Of a stretch of 64,000 bases of DNA, positions 61,620-64,000 are shown piece by piece; positions within the stretch are counted from its first letter, which is position 1, and each line of letters begins with the position of its first letter. The DNA lies in NCBI RefSeq assembly GCF_000372725.1, contig NW_005201551.1, positions 156,520 to 220,519 on the forward strand. The letters are read 5' to 3'. This DNA comes from Emiliania huxleyi CCMP1516 (Eukaryota). The position numbers were made by a program, and so were the translations under genes. Below the pieces are notes generated by a model that was not told the DNA's origin, ran no database searches, and was given only the letters and a program-made list of their open reading frames with translations.

Positions 61620-61975
61620 TCGAGGTTCTCGAGGTGGATATCCTTTGGCCGCGTTGGGTAGCGAGGATTGGTGTGACGCGATCCACGCAGGCGTGTTTTC
61701 TGGCGGCCGACCGTCAGTGCACGGAGTTGCCCCTTCTCCGACTGCCCCGGCTAGTTCCCGAGTTTCGCGGGAGTGACCCCATGCGTCAAACCCGAGACCT
61801 AGCGCGGGTGGGTTGGAGGGGGCTCGCCCCGTTCCTCCCCATCGGGCCGCGTGAGCGGCCACGCCTCGCAGATTCGTTTTCGCGCCTGGGTCAGGCGCGC
61901 GGGGCATCCCCCGGGTCGCTCGACCAGCGATCCGAAGAGTGGCCGCTATGCGAAGGAAAGAGCGGGGCCCTCGAC
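61620..61975 (-). mobile_element. Repeat family B, long copy
   Basis: Near-identical to 9696-10060. Confidence 0.85.
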
Positions 61976-63223
61976 GCCTCAGTCCGGCCCTCCGAGGGGG
62001 GAAGGGAAGTGCGGGGTCCCCACGGGCGCCTCAGTTCGGCCCTCCCGAGGGGGGGAGGGGAGCAAGGGGGTGGGGGGATCGGGGTGGTGGGGAGGAGTCT
62101 CGGGTTTCATGTGGCTAATACTTGCCCTTTCGGGGAATGGCCTCGGCCTGGCGAGTCCAGCTCAACCTGACTTCTTCCCCCCCTCCCTCGAGGCAGCAAG
62201 TAGGCAGCGAGAGGAGGTCTCGAGCGCCTATATGAAGGTATGTGAGATGGTGATGGGAATGCGAGCCAAAAATCGGCGAGGAAGCGGCACCGGCGGCACT
62301 CCGGCAGCTTGTCGTCGCCGGTGTCAGCTGAGGCGAACGTTGCGGCTGACTTCCCGTCGCAGCCCGGCGACTGCAGCTGGCGTGCCTGGATGAGCCGGTC
62401 GACGGCATCGGCATGCGGCACCTTGAGCAAAGTGAGCTCCGCTTTGAGCGCCTTGACGCTCAGTCGTCCGGTGTCCAGCTCGGCGGCGCGCATGAGTGTT
62501 GCCGCGTGAGACGCCGGACAGCGGCAGGAGCCAAACGAGAGCGCAGGGCGTGTCACGAAGGAACGCACGAAACTTCCAAGGTCGCAAAAAGTGGAACCCC
62601 CCCCCCCCCCCCCCACCACCACACACCACGCGTCCGGGTCCCAGCGGGTTTTCACGTAACAAGTACACACCACGTACTCTAGGACGTGTCACGTACGGCT
62701 TTAGGACGCACGCAACTTGACCCCCGCAAGGCGCGCGATACACACGTGGTGGTGTGGACCGTCCCTTCGAGACCATACGCCATACCCGTCACGACACCAT
62801 ACCCCTCAAAAAGTTGGAAGCTGAAGCTCGCGCCGCAACGTAGAGCTAGACCTGCTAGAGGGCGCGGTGCGTCCTAAAATCTAAAATCCGAGGATTAAGG
62901 ATTCAGGCATCGCTTCAGTGAGGCCAAAGTGAGTGTATGGATGTGTGAGAACGGTACGGGACACGAGCGGGAGGCACGCGGACCAACTCGTCGGTGACTC
63001 TGCTGCAGGCCACGCCGTTTCAGAATTTTTCTCAGCGTGAGCGAGACGTGGAAGAGTGCCACCGTCGGGTAGGACGGGTCGGCCCGGAGTATCAGAGTAG
63101 CCGATGTGAGGCTACCAACCGCACTCCAAGGACCAAGTGCTCCATCCAGAACATAGACGGCACGAGTACTGACTACGACGGTTCCTGAATTCCCCGGCGC
63201 CCCTCCCCGCCCGGCGCCCCCCC

Positions 63224-64000
63224 TCACCCCTCGCCCCTCACCGGCTGGCAGAGCAGCTCCGCGTCCGACTCCGAGTTTGCCACCATCGCGAGCACGTATC
63301 CGTGGCACTGCAGCGGCACGCAGAAACACCCGAGCGTCTTGCCGCGCAGGTCGCGCCGCGCCTGCGGAGCCGCGAAAAGAGGTGTGAACCTGTCGGCAGG
63401 TGTGAACGGCGCCTCTTGCCGCGCAGGTCCCCCGCCGCGCCTCCGCCCGCATCGCCGCACGCTCCGGTGCCATCAGCCAGCTGGCGTACTGCCGAATCAC
63501 GGACCCGCGGCTCGCGCCTCCCCCAATCGAGAAGGGGTGAGTTAGTTAATAGAGGTGAAGGGGAATTGATTCATCAACCCCCCCCCCCCCCCTCCCCTCC
63601 CCTCCACCCCCGAGAACGGGCTGATTAGCAAATGGGAACTCAACAACTAGTTGATAATAACGAGCGCGCCTCCCCCCAGCGAGAACGAGTGAACTAGCAA
63701 ATGCGAATGCAATAACTAATCGATGAAGGAGCGCGCCTCCCCCCATCGAGAACGGGTTCCCCCACCCCCACTTGTGGTGCCCCCCCGACGCGCTCTTCCC
63801 CTTCGGCGCCTATTAATTGATGGCAATAGCTCATTACACCTATTAATTAATGGCAATAGCTCTTCCCCTTCGGCGCCGCGTCCGGCCGGCCGACGTACAC
63901 CTATTAATTAATGCCAATGAACTAGCTCATTAAGCTCTTCCTCGTTGGTGGAGACGGGGGAGGCGTGGGGGGGGTCGGAGACGGAAGCCGAGTCAGAGGC
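63224..64000 (-). CDS. DUF4326-like protein, multi-exon, 5' end outside the window
   Basis: 'WGNPFS', 'IRQYASWL' and 'LRGKTLGCFCVPLQCHGYVL'. Intron at 63362-63440. Confidence 0.7.

Noticed and set aside
60348..61907. 519-aa ORF as annotated in the ORF track
   Set aside because: The N-terminal part is family B repeat and the C-terminus reads through an intron. The gene is better modelled as 61484-60305.

Overview
This is a GC-rich eukaryotic scaffold with four N-gaps. It is most likely from a haptophyte alga such as Emiliania (Gephyrocapsa) huxleyi, inferred from the very high GC, frequent GC-AG introns, 10-11 bp intronic satellites and gene content. Recognisable genes: two HET-like domain + LRR paralogues plus a 3' fragment, an SDR, a choline transporter-like gene, HGH1-like, a Gfo/Idh/MocA oxidoreductase, an OPR/RAP repeat protein, F-box/RCC1, an ELM2-SANT-RAMA-chromo-RAMA protein, a Pro-rich stalk fused to a sulfatase, Ycf49-like, an MFS transporter, a Pro-rich/Kelch protein, a multi-pass membrane protein and a DUF4326-like gene. 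Intergenic space holds 5'-truncated non-LTR retroelement pieces (two with clear 11-bp TSDs), other dispersed repeats and one TIR element. The strongest unexplained pattern concerns introns. In at least six unrelated genes the start of the intron is a direct copy (8-32 bp) of the start of the next exon. The filler between the copies is satellite, telomeric or hairpin sequence, and the unit is about 65-72 nt, sometimes tandemly amplified. This suggests an intron-generating duplication-plus-filler process. All domain calls come from motif recognition by eye; no searches were run.
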